DNA of 64,000 bases. Origin: Tubiluchus corallicola. Lineage: Eukaryota > Animalia > Priapulida. The notes beneath the pieces are model-generated. The model was given only the letters and a program-made list of their open reading frames with translations, had not been told where the DNA came from and did not search any database. Positions 49,968-64,000 of the stretch are shown one piece after another. The stretch covers positions 297,789 to 361,788 of the forward strand of contig JAQGDQ010000149.1 of assembly GCA_030141605.1 (NCBI GenBank), given 5' to 3'. Position 1 is the stretch's first letter; the number at the start of each line of letters is the position of its first letter. Both the position numbers and the translations under genes were made by a program.

Positions 49968-52900
49968 ATGGTAACTTTCCAGTTTCCGGCTCTGGATACA
50001 CATTTGTTTCGTCATGACAGTGTTGTGTACAAAGTTAAAATCTTTTTTCGCAGTCCACAGTGGTATGTTGTGTATCAATGTTATGTTGTTGATTAGCATA
50101 AAACTTAAACTTCTCAAGTACCTGTACAAAAAAACTCACATTTTTTATTTATAAAAAAGTCAGTTTGGAATTCAATTTCATAGGCCTACTTTAACACATC
50201 TGTTACAGAACAACATTTCTGAGTGCAGCCATTCTGATTTTAATATAACAATACACATTCATTAAAATTGGTGGTTTCTGCAACTTTCCCCTCTTGCACA
50301 ACTGTGACTTTCCCCACTGTTGCACATTTAATGGTACAGTGTAACCTCAATGTGATCTTTCTATAGCTCACCTAGTTTATCTTGTAAAATTTTCTGTATT
50401 TTTAAATGAAAAGCAAATAAACACGGTTTAATTAATTTCAAGTTTACACTGACTGAAGCAGATGTTTACATTTTTAGTGCCTTGCCAACATCAAAAGTTA
50501 TACAAGATGAACTAGAGGTATGTTAAATCACCAAGTTTGTTATTTTTTTTGTAAATAACCTTTTTGAGAAGTGCAAGTAAGCATCTTCCTAAAAACAAGA
50601 CACAGGACTGTGACTTCGGCAACAAAGTCTAGAGTAACACAGTATTATTACTGTATTGTTTTTTATTGTTCGACTATTTTCATGTTAATGGTAATTTTTT
50701 AACTACATCAGATGATATTAAATTGATATTTCTACTAAGGTTAAATAAAACAGAAATTTTCAGGGCATAACAATAATTAATTTATATTTGATATCTATAG
50801 AACAACTGTAACCTTTGTATGAATTATATACATACTAAGTAAAATATATCGTCTGTAAATGAATGCATTTTGCATTTGTGTTGTACGATGAATGATAAAT
50901 CATTAAATGTGTAAATTCTTTTTGATTATTTGATTTTTTGCGCTTGTTTAATGTTTCACCTTTAATGTAAGAATATAAAATAGTATTTAGCCTTTTCTGC
51001 CCTGTTGTAACTAATTTCGAGTAATTCACTGGTGCTTACTGAGATATTTATGTGTAAATTTGAAAGGACAATGTTGAAGGAGAGCCAAGCCAAACACATA
51101 AATAGATAAATATATGGTGTATAGCTTGTGAATGTAGTTCAAGTTTTTAGTTCTTAGTAACTGCTTTTATTTTGTTTTTCTAGGCAGCTGTGAAAACTCT
51201 AATTTGCATGGACGAGATTCATCCATTTCGCTCAGACACATTTGTGTTTTATCCATGTATCTTTTCCAAAGAAAAAACCATCAAAATAAATAACCATGTT
51301 ATAACTCATTTGCGTGTTGATCAACTAATAAAAGCAAGAGTTTGGTTTGCTTGATTATGTTTCCAGTATACCATGAACTGTACAAAAGACCACAATCAGT
51401 GCAACTGCTGCACCACATACCAATTAATAGTAGGTAACAAATTGATCAACTTTCCTTACTAAATAACTGATATAGATAAGAAGTTATGGAGTTTGGGCAA
51501 GAAAATCATATTTTATCACTATAAGAAACCACTGGAAACTTTCCCATATGTGCTCATTTTGAATGTTGGGCTATATGATTTCAGGAAAGATGCTGTCACA
51601 TTGCCAGGCAAGTAAGATCAATGGAGCTTATTCCTAGATGTATGTTTCATAGCATTCTTGTTTGTTTAGAGCACACATTTTCTACATCTTTCGTGTCCTG
51701 AGATGTCTGCTATCTCTTAATAAAACCTTTAGCGTATTTCAGAAGCTGTTTCTGTGGCAACTGACTGCAGAGAATTGGACCTAATGCAAGACACTATTGA
51801 AAGGGAAGCTGAGACTTTGGTAATAAATTTTTTGCATCAACTGATTTGTAATGTAGTCGCACTTCCTCACTATTATCTGCACATAGTGAAAGGCTGCGCA
51901 CAAAAATGTTAAAACAAGTTTCACTTAAGAAATTTGTTGTACTCAGGTATTTTAGTGAAAAAGGGGAACGATTTAATTTTGCTGGATGGATGGATTAGCA
52001 TGGGATAAATTTATTTCGATTGTTCGTTTAATTCAAATCTAATTCAGCATTTCCAATGTAGATAGCTCATACTAGTCATTCTAACTAACAGACCAAGTAT
52101 GGTGGATGAACTTTGAACTGCCTTGATTGTGATCACTACAGAATACAGTGGCCTAGTGGTCTAAAGCATAGACTTGGCTTGTAAGCAGAACGTCCCTGGT
52201 TCAAAGCATGACTGTTTGCCAACTTTTCACATTTTGTGTTTCAAATTTGGTATCAAAATGTATTCCGTCTCCATGCCGTGTGTAGCTTCTTACATGTTTA
52301 ACTGACGGATAGCGTATGGTATCTGCTGACTTATGGCAATGGTCACTGTTACTGATACATGCAAATATAACTCTGATTCGTTTTTGCCTTTGAAACTTCT
52401 AAAATGTTGCTATTATGGTTTTACAGACAAAGGAAGATGTGCCAGTCTTTAAAAAGCCTACAATTCCTGTTCAAAACAAGCGAGTGAAGAAGCAAGTCAT
52501 CAGAAATCAAAAAAGATTTAAGCAGCATAAAGAAGATGCTAGGTAAGCTACCATGCATCTCTGTTATGAAGATCTGTACACCAACCTGTGTAAACAAAAA
52601 TCAAAGTACAAATTTAATATTTGTCTTCCAAAAAGGTAAATGATTTTGAATACATTTCTTTGTAAGAGACTGCAGATGCTGATCCTAATAATCATTGTGA
52701 ATGTTAAGAAATATTTTAATATCATTACAAGTACAAGTTTTGTTGAGCATCATTTTAAAAATAAGTGGTATGTTCATAAAAAGGTTTTTGCAACTGTGTA
52801 AAGTGCAAAACTTTTCACAAGGAATCACAGCTTGAATTATTTGACAGCATCTCTGAATGAGTTTTATTTTATTTTTTTTGCATTTTTTTGGTAATTACTT

Positions 52901-55900
52901 TGTCTCGGACTATAAAAATATATAAATATGCACAATAACAATTAATAAGTAGAAAAATAAAACATTAGGAACTAATAATAAATTGGAGATTTAGGGTTAG
53001 CCCTGATGTATGAAAATTTTTACATTTTCCTTGTTTTAGGAAAGAGGAAGTAGATGTACATAAAGTCAATGAGGACAAAGGTACAGCAGCAATTACAGAG
53101 AACATGGAAACGTTTGACATGGTAAGGGATTTTTTGCTGTCTTGCCCTGAAATCCACTACACCTACAATAGTTTAACGTTGACTTGTTTTCGAATATTCT
53201 GTTTTTGTAGTTACAAGGCATGGATGCAGAATCATATGTATCACTTGATAAATCCGAGTTTGAATCTAACCAAGTGGCGGCATCTTCCACCAGATGTGGC
53301 CGAACTGACGAAAAACGGAGCCATGATGTGGATCCATTCGTAGCTGATTGGGTTACGAATACCTTATCACATTTACCTGGGCCGTCTAAGGTACATTAAC
53401 TGAGAATAAGAAACAGCTGTAGGCTTATTCTTTTAATGGATTAAAGAGCTACTGCAAACTGTAATGAAATTTCTCAATTTATTCCATACATAATTATTGT
53501 ATACCTTTAAAGAAAAGGTGCTATTAATAATGCTGTTCTCATTCTCAAGAGTGAATTTAAGAAATAATCCCAATTTAATATAGTTAATTTGCTAGTTAAT
53601 TAATTTCTTCTAATTATGTTATAGCCTTGTTGTGCAGTTTGAAGTCACACCAGCAAATGTGAAAACTATACCTTTGTTACAGTATCAGGGAATGTAAAAA
53701 ACAGTAATATGGAATAAAATAGCAGAAAAAGAAATCAGAGTGAATAACCTAGACTCATTTGTTTTACATACAGTGTAGCCTTGTTATCTCGCCACTGTCC
53801 GTCTAGGGCAAATTTTTGACGAGAGGCGAGTATGGCGAGATAACGGGAATATAACGAAGTGAGTCTATATGTATATACATAGTAGTTGATTAACATTGTG
53901 TTCCTCTATGTACATATAAAATATATATAAACGTCGCAATTTCGTTGAGCCACTGTGACCATGACTTTGCATCCATTTTTCTTTACTTGCTATTATATCT
54001 CCTACACTTCTCCGGCTAACAGTGTCACCAAATTTCGCACTAAATACAGTAGCAATTTCCTGCTGTGTCTTTGAAGAATTATTCGTATGATAAATACAAA
54101 TTTCCTTTTTTTGTTCAGGATTAAGACAAAACAGTTTTCGCTTCAGAGACATCATGTAAAGTTGCTCACACTTTGTGGAAACTCAAACTTAAATGCAGCT
54201 TTGGTGTTATAGAGTAAGGATATTGGTGACGCTTTAGTTTCTCTGCGCATTAACCAACCACAGCACTCCTAATCTAATCCTGGTGAGACACACACTAGAT
54301 TAATTATGTCTGTTTATCGAGTACAGCAGCATTGTCTACATACTGCGGTTATATTGATCGACACGCGGTATATGTATTGATCGATTCACCTCTGAGTTTG
54401 TCTGTTTGGCGACATAACGAATATAGTTTACATAAGCACTCATCGTAGCATGATTTGGCGAGGGCGAGAAGCGAGGGTGGCGACTTAACGAGGTAAATAT
54501 CAAAGCAGGAAATTCGTCCTGGTACTTTTTATGGCGAGAGACGAGTTTGGCGGCATAACGAGGGGCGAGATAACGAGGCTAGACTGTATGTGTATGAGTT
54601 TAACAGTATGCTTGATTAATTTTAGCTTGCTAGCCTTACATAAAACACAGCAGGATTCCTAGGTTTTATTCTGACCGATTCTGGGTAGCTAGTGACTGCC
54701 AGCTTTGATATCGTGTTCACTAGGGCATTGTGAATATGGAATGGCAAAAATCACTCACATATCCTACAACGTCTGAGGGAAATAACTACAAGGAATTAAT
54801 ATAGCTATTAATGTTACCACAAGATAGTAAAGTAAAAAGCTGCCTGTAATATGGATTAGCGAAATCATTGAGTCACTGTAAATGAAGCCCGAAACATAAA
54901 TTGAATGTTGCTGTTGAGATGTTCAGTGGATTATGGTCTAATGTTTTACTAATGCATAAAATCATTAGATTAATTCATTTCATGGGCATCGTTTGGCCTT
55001 GAGTTCAAGCAAAGCAAGGTGATCCTGCAGGCGAAGCAAACGCACTAAAAAAAATACGAATTTGTTAGTAAAAAGAACTATATAAAAAAATTCAGTATAT
55101 AATACATAATTAATAAATAAAAGCATAGAGTCAATAGGTGGTGCAGCAAGCATGCAGTAAATATACAGTAGTAAAAAAACGTCAGTAGTTTACCTCTTTG
55201 TGGTTTATAATGTAATCAGCAAAATTTGTTTAGTTTAAGTTGCAAATTAAACAAGTCATAACAATATGAGAAAGTTTGCATACAGGCTTTTTGCACAAGA
55301 TAATTTATCTTACCTTAGGCTCAGAGTTAAGTGTTTTAAATTTTTTTTGTTTTGTCAAATGGCTGGACTTAGTGGCTATGGGTATTTACTAAATTGTTGC
55401 TGCGTAGGTCAATAGATGATTCTGCGAAATTTTAAAATACTTCTTGCACAGTGACACTTTCATTTGCCATCATGTTACCTTAGGTGTCACTATGCGATGC
55501 TGTGCTAGCATTGCCATAGTAGCTGCTACAAACAAGTGCAATTTTATAGGTTATTGTAGTATGCCTACTGATGAACACCTTTTTTCCAGACATTAAATGT
55601 GCATTGATTCACTGTTTACAGGCAACTCAAGATTATGCTGCAAGTGAAGTAGATGCATTAAGTATTATGTCAGACACAAACCAGAACATTGTACAGTCCT
55701 TGAAACATCCCAACTATCTGGCAAATTTATCAACACCCATGCTGCATATGTCACCAGCTCACATGGAAACAGAAATGCGAGATGAGAAATTTGAAACAAC
55801 GACAGCCAAAGTAAACAATATGTTATAAACGTTTTGTCACTTTTTGTGATTTGTTTAAATACTATTTTCTGAGAGATGGCATGACTGCCATTTACGGATT

Positions 55901-56300
55901 TCTGAATTTCGTTTCTTAGTATGTTTTCTCTACATTCCTCTTTGTTACTTTATTATTCACCAAAATGAAAAAAAATTACTAGTTTGTATTAACTTTATTG
56001 GCAGCAATGTCCCAATGTCCAAATAAATGTCATTTGCTCTAAACCTTCATTTTTTAATTAATAAGGCAGCTATGGTTATTGGGTAATTTAAAAATAAAAT
56101 GTAAGTTTCAGTGAAGTTTATGTGGTGGGTTTGTATTACGTGTTTTTTATTTATGTTTTGATGAAGCCATACATTTATAGGTGAGTGACCAGGGGTCACC
56201 AAATGGTGATGTGACAGATATGGTTTCATCTTTTACTCAGACATCTCCAAGCCTAGACCCAGATGGTCATTTTTTGAACTTTGCTGACGAAGACGACCAG
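49968..56300 (+). CDS. MAJIN: Multi-exon gene with MAJIN-like (membrane-anchored junction protein) N-terminal domain; 3' end uncertain
   Basis: Phase-consistent exon chain: 49968-50062 (ATG), 50478-50517, 51184-51256, 51367-51433, 51585-51607 (GC donor), 51743-51819, 52427-52542, 53040-53121, 53211-53390, 55622-55810, 56241-56300. It then either stops at ACV* or splices via a GC donor to 56679-56748 and 56931-56959. The N-terminus MVTFQFPALDTHLFRHDSVVYKVKIFFRSPQCALPTSKVIQDELEAAVKTLICMDEIHPFRSDTFVFYP resembles the remembered mammalian MAJIN N-domain (FTYP..T..VYKFKI..VITQELE..V..DNLQPF....F..FP). A Lys/Arg-rich exon and a low-complexity tail follow. Confidence 0.65.
52148..52212 (+). mobile_element. 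tRNA-derived SINE head or tRNA pseudogene
   Basis: Pol III A box TGGCCTAGTGG and B-box-like GGTTCAAAGC at tRNA-like spacing, with an anticodon-loop-like CTTGTAA. No complete acceptor stem. Confidence 0.5.
53771..54586 (-). mobile_element. Tigger/pogo-type internally deleted DNA transposon
   Basis: TA TSDs and 23-bp TIRs CAGTGTAGCCTTGTTATCTCGCC / GGCGAGATAACGAGGCTAGACTG (21/23 match). ORF 53865-54155 KRKLFCLNPEQKKEIC..KTQQEIATVF..VSRRSVGDIIASKEKW resembles the CENP-B-like N-terminal HTH of pogo transposases; no DDE domain. Confidence 0.9.
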
Positions 56301-56787
56301 GCATGTGTTTAGTGTAATATCATTTAAAATGATCATGTCAAAACATGTTTAAAAGAAACCAACATTGTCTTGTGAGACTATACAATGGCGTACTATATGG
56401 TAAGCCAACAACTGTTCCTCTATTTTAATTAGCTGGTAAAACATCTTATAATAGTTAAAGTTTTGACAATACTATAACTTTGCAGTGGTATTTTTTTAGG
56501 AAGTAGATAATAATGAATAGAAATGGTTGTGCAAGGATATGTAGGAGGACTACGAAAAGTATTGCTGCTACTGAAGCAGCTTAGAATTGTGGTTGTTATT
56601 GCTATACTAATTTAGCATGCTCGCTTATGAGCCATTGTTTTCTATGCTTGAAATCAGTGTCCTTTTCTCCATTTCAAGGTTATGATGAATGCTACAGACA
56701 TTTATGAGAGTAAAGGAAACGTTTGCACCAGCAGTCATCACTCTTTTGGTAAGCCAACAGTATACATTGTTCTTCTTTTTTACTTAA

Positions 56788-57302
56788 AGGAAGGAACAAG
56801 TCACTCAGTATGTAGGGTTTATTTTACTGTAATCATTTAAACATAGAAAGTATTATAATGAAAAAATTTAAAAACAACTGCCTATAAAACATAAATTTAA
56901 AATATACTACCTCTGAATAGAAATTTTCAGGCGTGTTGCCATTTACTCGAAAATCATGATGTATCTGAAAGACTTTGTGACTTTTCGTAAGCCCGTCTTG
57001 GCTTTCCGTAAGCACGCTGCTTAAATTAATTCATACTGCTGCAACTTGCCTAATGTCCTCGCAAAAGTAATGCTGCCTAATTTTTTTATAAAAACTTATA
57101 GTTTTGATGAAGATTGACAGTGCACTACTTCTCTTCAAGATTTTTTGGGAAGAACGAAAATTGAAAATGGGAGCACCCAAGCATGAAGAGATCGCGACTT
57201 TATTATTTACACGAGGCACTTATTGCTGTTTTCTTACTAAATCCTAACATTTTTCTCGAACAATAAAATAAACCTAACCACCTAGAAGGCATGGTCTTTC
57301 CT
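56788..57302. mobile_element. Second, diverged TTAA-flanked Kolobok-like element
   Basis: TTAA-AGGAAGG...GGTCTTTCCT-TTAA. The right end (TTACACGAGGCACTTAT..TTACTAAATCCTAACATTTTT) matches that of 42085-42672. The nearby duplicate at 56398-56560 lacks the insert. Confidence 0.6.
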
Positions 57303-57848
57303 TTAACTGGTGAAAACGTCTTACAGTAGTTACTGTTTTGACAATACTGTAACTCTGCAATGTATTTTTTAAGAAGTGGATAATGGTGAATTGAAGTGGT
57401 TGCATAAGGATTTGCAGGACTATCAAAAGTGCAACGGAAAACAACCAAAGCGAAGACGATCTTTTCTGAACAGTCTGTTTGATATTTTTTGGAATAGAAA
57501 AACTTAAAGGGCAAGATCTCTCATGTAAAAAAATTGTCAATTGTTATAATTTATTGCTAATTTTTATTTTTAATTATATTTTTATTTATGGTAAACATGA
57601 ATACTTTTGTCTTACACTTAATGTTTCAAATTAATGTTTGCATTTTTTTGTTAATGTATTGGTTTTTAAATTAATTATCACAACAGTTTAATCTTTACAT
57701 AAATTCTCAAATATTTCACTACCTTTCTCCTATCAAGTTGTTACTACTATTTGTAATGATATTATACTGACAATTTCACCTCTGAACTGGATTTGTGTTA
57801 TCTGTGTGGTTTTTACGACTACAACAATAAATTTAGTTTAAGTATTCA

Positions 57849-58339
57849 CACTCTTATCTCGGTTTGCCGGACAAAAGCGGGCAGATGTCGGTCCGAATTT
57901 GCCGATTGTCCGTTTTTACTGATACTAAGCTAATACAGTAGGCACCGTGTATTAGACTCATGGTAATGTAGAATCAATTGCCTCATTGTCTCAAAAACAT
58001 CTAGTACGGGCCATTTCTATGCAAAAGTATATAAAAACTATCCGTAATTGACTCTAAATTTTTTCTGCACGTTTAAATAAGATACTTTTATGCTACCAAT
58101 AAGCTTATACTATATTTATGTGATTTTACCTCGCTTTTGTGCACTAAAACGTAGATGTATTACACACTGCTTGGTTACGCTGACGCAATGATGTAAACAA
58201 AGTGATGGTCGCCAACTACTGGCCAGTTCGCGAAACAATGGACTGTGTCTGTAGAATGTGGGACTTTTTAACGGTCCAGATTTCGTCCGATTCTTCTGAT
58301 ATCCAAAAAAGCGAGGTCCAGTAAACCGAGATATGAGTG
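57849..58339. mobile_element. Tc1/mariner-superfamily MITE (491 bp)
   Basis: 24-bp TIRs CACTCTTATCTCGGTTTGCCGGAC / GTCCAGTAAACCGAGATATGAGTG (21/24 match); TA on the right flank, CA on the left. Confidence 0.78.
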
Positions 58340-59183
58340 TATTTTACAACCTTTGGAGAAAAACCTATAAAAAATTTATTATCACCTAATTTTGTATTGT
58401 TTGCTTACTTGTACAATAGCTGTTAACAATCTTTTGTGTAAATGACATGCGTGCACACTGTTCTTATACCAATTATAACAATTAAAACAGTCCTCAATCT
58501 GCATTGCAGTCAAATATGCATGATTCTGCAAAAACACTAAAATTAAATGTGAGATACTTTAATCATGAATCAAACATGACCAACACATCATTTCAACTCA
58601 TTATCGGTCCTTCCTAGCGTTATCAAAATCGTGTTTCATACAGATGCACAATTTACTATACTAAAATTTTAAGTGCTAAATCAGTGAATTAAGAAAACAT
58701 GATTTTGCTCGAAGCTTAAATTAAGAAAGAAAGCCCAGTGCCAGAAAAAACTAATATTACAGGTTATTTTAACTCAGAAAAAAATATTATTGTTAAAATG
58801 TAAACAACATCTACCAAAAACTCCACAAATGTCTTATCACAGACTACTGCTATAAAAACTACCATACAAACTACAAAATTCATTAAATACAATTCCATAC
58901 TAATGCTGAATAAAACTCACAAACCATGACTTATCAATGTTGTTTTTCAGATAATCTGTCTGAAATATTTGAATATTGTATCTATTTGTAACCTAGCTAG
59001 TTGATTAGTTAAATCTGTATGAAGGTTAGTAATGGAAGGTTGCTTTTATACGGAAGAAAAAACCAGGGCAAAAAATATCAGCATCAAAAAAAGTAAAACT
59101 ACAGTTTCGTCAATAACCTTACGTTGTTAATGGTCATTATTTGTGCATTTTGACAAGTGATAGAGTAAGACATATTCTCAGTA

Positions 59184-60799
59184 CAGTATAATCCATGTAT
59201 AACGAGGCGAGTTTGTCCTTTAAAATCTTAGGCTTAAATAATGTATTTAAACCTTGCTTACAGCGAGCTCCAGTTTTTACTTGTTTTTGCTTATTGTGAA
59301 GGCATTCTACCGCTGAGTTTCGTTATATACTTCTCCCCTGCATATAGCGAGCGCGAGTTCTAAAACAATGGGCATCATTCACAAAGGACAGAAAAGGTCA
59401 TCAAGCGCCTTAGGGATTAAATTATTGATCGTACATAAAACAATGTGCATCAAGTACAGAACATGCGGACGTGTTGGTGAGTCTGCAGGTACATGCGCTG
59501 CTGTAATAAGCCTTTTCAAAGTGCCAGCTATTGATGATGATCATGAAAAGGCCATATGTTAAGTGAACCAAGCAATGCATTTTTGTACACTTGACGCCTT
59601 GCAGTCCATGCAATTGTAATGGTAACAGTTTTAACAGCTAGCTAGAATCTTACTTAGTTTATTTTTGCTTGTTCCCAAGCAAGAGCCTGCTAGTAAATCA
59701 CTCTACATCACACAGATTAATGCATAATTAAGTAAAGCCCACATAAATCAACAAGGTAATGATGCCACAACTGAAGTTAACTGATGCGGCAGACAGCTTT
59801 GTTTTACCCACAAGTCACGTGGCGGTTGTAGTTTAGAGGCATTGATGGGGTTCGCTTAACCTTGAACCTACAGCAACTGCGCATGCGCATAGCGAAACTT
59901 TGAAAAGGCTTATTAAAACTTAGTCAGAATGAAGCAGGTACGATGATCCAGACAGTTTGTGGTCATGTTAGCTTGGATGGCGCAGTTGACGTTATTGCTA
60001 AACTTCAACAATTTTTTGGGTCATCATCAGCAACGGATGATCATGTGTTCTTATTATAACTTACAACATAACTTACAGCTTTTCAAAAATTGACAACTTC
60101 TTGAATAAAGCTGTGGTGCTACAATTTAATATAAAGCAGGCAAAAATAACCATGTTTTCAAAAAAGAAGTGTTTTGCTTTGCGAAACAAGTAATTCTCTG
60201 ATTTTTCAACGTTTAATTTATAATAAAAATGCTGTTGTAAATAAATATAGTAATTTTACATTAACTAACATAAAGGTTAACCAGACTGTAGTCCTACTTA
60301 TTAGATGGGGTATGTAGGTTAATATAGACCTATGATGAATTGTTCATAATCATAAATTATACTGCATCTGCACAAGTACTTACGTAAAAAGCATCAGTGC
60401 GTGTTTTTCACCCACACAAACATCCAGGGTCTTGACTAGGCATTTAAGTAATTATAACACCCATGCAAAACACTCAGTTATCAGCAAACATATGTAATAA
60501 ATCTCAGCAGTGATTAAAAAAATCAACTTGTGGGACAATTTTATACCGGAATTTAATACATTAACCCCAGAAATGCATAACAGAGTCTAAACACCATAAG
60601 TTTACTCTTTTGTGACAAAATATTTGCTACTTGTGCCAATCTCTGAAGTGCTCTTTGTCATCATTATATCATATCCACCTTACAGGCTTCATTTCTGTAT
60701 TTTGTGCATGCACTCAGATTACATTGGCTATAACGATACTCGGTTACAGCGAGCAAATTTTCAAGGTTCCCTGAAAGTCGTTATAAGTGGATTATACCA
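59184..60799. mobile_element. Tigger/pogo-like non-autonomous element (about 1.6 kb)
   Basis: TA-flanked imperfect TIRs CAGTATAATCCATGTATAACGA / TCGTTATAAGTGGATTATACCA with subterminal TTACAGCGAGC/ATAACGA motifs. No intact transposase. Confidence 0.7.
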
Positions 60800-61098
60800 T
60801 AACTGTGTTATCAGTAAATAACAACTGGCTGAATCTTTTATTTTTACAATACTCTGTATCTGCTGGTATTTTAATAGGAATTTGGCAATTCGCGTATGTC
60901 ATATTTTTCTATATCCAATACAGTCTTGTAATTGTACATTAAATCCTTAATTAAAGTATCACAGTATCATAGTAACAGAGGCTGCATAATAGTCATGAGC
61001 CAATGAGGTAGCACTAATACATAAGAAGGAATGCCTATTGTTTTGGTAGTGACAAAAATTCAGTCTACTTTACAATGTTTATTTAATAAACTTTTTAT

Positions 61099-63208
<2,110 letters not shown>

Positions 63209-64000
63209 CTAAACAACAGAACAAAGTAAAAATAAAAAAACAAAATCTTAATCAAATGCATATTGTAAAGTAATAAAAATTGTCGTTTACTTTAATATTT
63301 GCATAGACGGTGTTTGTCACCTTGTAGGGCCAAACAAAACACAACACAAGTTCACGACAACTACTGTAACAGCCAATAGCAATATCACTCAGACCTGTAG
63401 GGCGCTGAGTATGCCACTAGCTGAAGTAGGACACTTCCGCTAAAGCGCATGTGCTAAATCTGTAGAAAAGCAGTGTCATACATGCACTGGTGATTTCTGT
63501 CGAGAATCAATATGACATAATAAAACATAAAACTAAAATTGTTTTTGAAAAAAGTAACTTTATAATAATGATGGATAGTCCTTGACAATTTACAAAATTT
63601 TTAATGTATTTTTTACAATAATATCATCATTATTATTAGCTCCATTAATATCATCATAACATTAAACTAAGTATAATGCCTCAAAGAGAGAACTATGTAG
63701 GGCACATAGCTCGCTAGCCTGTTTACTTAATAGAAAACAATTATTTGTCCAAGAGGTAGTGAAACTGATCACCTGCCTATAAAGCGGAACAAAATAAAAA
63801 AGATATACCTTAAGCAAATGTTAGAGTTGCCTAAAAAGCAGACCTATTTCACTTCATAAAGATTAATATCGAAGCCAAATTTAACATTGGCCATTCTACT
63901 TGCTCACAATAAGTTACTTTCATTTTATCAGATGCATAATAAATTATTCAACGTGACTGACGTTTTCAATTATTATTATTAAATAAACAACGACATTGGA

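Noticed and set aside
51184-51366. Longer version of MAJIN-like exon 3 (to 51339)
   Set aside because: It would need a 27-nt intron; the donor at 51257 gives a 110-nt intron and an open frame.

Overview
AT-rich, intron-dense animal (invertebrate-looking) nuclear DNA; nearly all short six-frame ORFs are spurious. Four spliced genes can be built by hand. (1) The last five coding exons of a Limpet/LIM-9/FHL2-type multi-LIM gene (+, 14788-18798); its 5' exons are not visible and 1-14.7 kb looks like intron. (2) A complete 14-exon CCT8/TCP1-theta chaperonin gene (+, 26894-41727, 544 aa). (3) A small-exon gene missed by the ORF track whose N-terminus resembles the meiotic telomere protein MAJIN (+, from 49968 to about 56300-56959). 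(4) The 3' exons of a neudesin/NENF-type cytochrome-b5-like gene (-, 63208-61099) ending in an acidic tail plus HDEL. The rest is a transposon mosaic: a decayed near-full-length LINE in CCT8 intron 4, an L2/CR1 3' fragment, two Ty3/Gypsy remnants fused tail-to-tail into a 3.5-kb inverted repeat, hAT, Tigger/pogo, Kolobok-like and Helitron/Helentron-like non-autonomous elements, a tRNA-derived SINE head and microsatellites. The most notable items are the cryptic MAJIN-like gene, a palindrome of two Penelope-type hammerhead ribozyme cores, an inverted copy of the CCT8 exon1/intron1 junction beside its promoter, an H/ACA-like double hairpin in CCT8 intron 1, and several local templated duplications. 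Homology calls rest on remembered motifs, not on searches.
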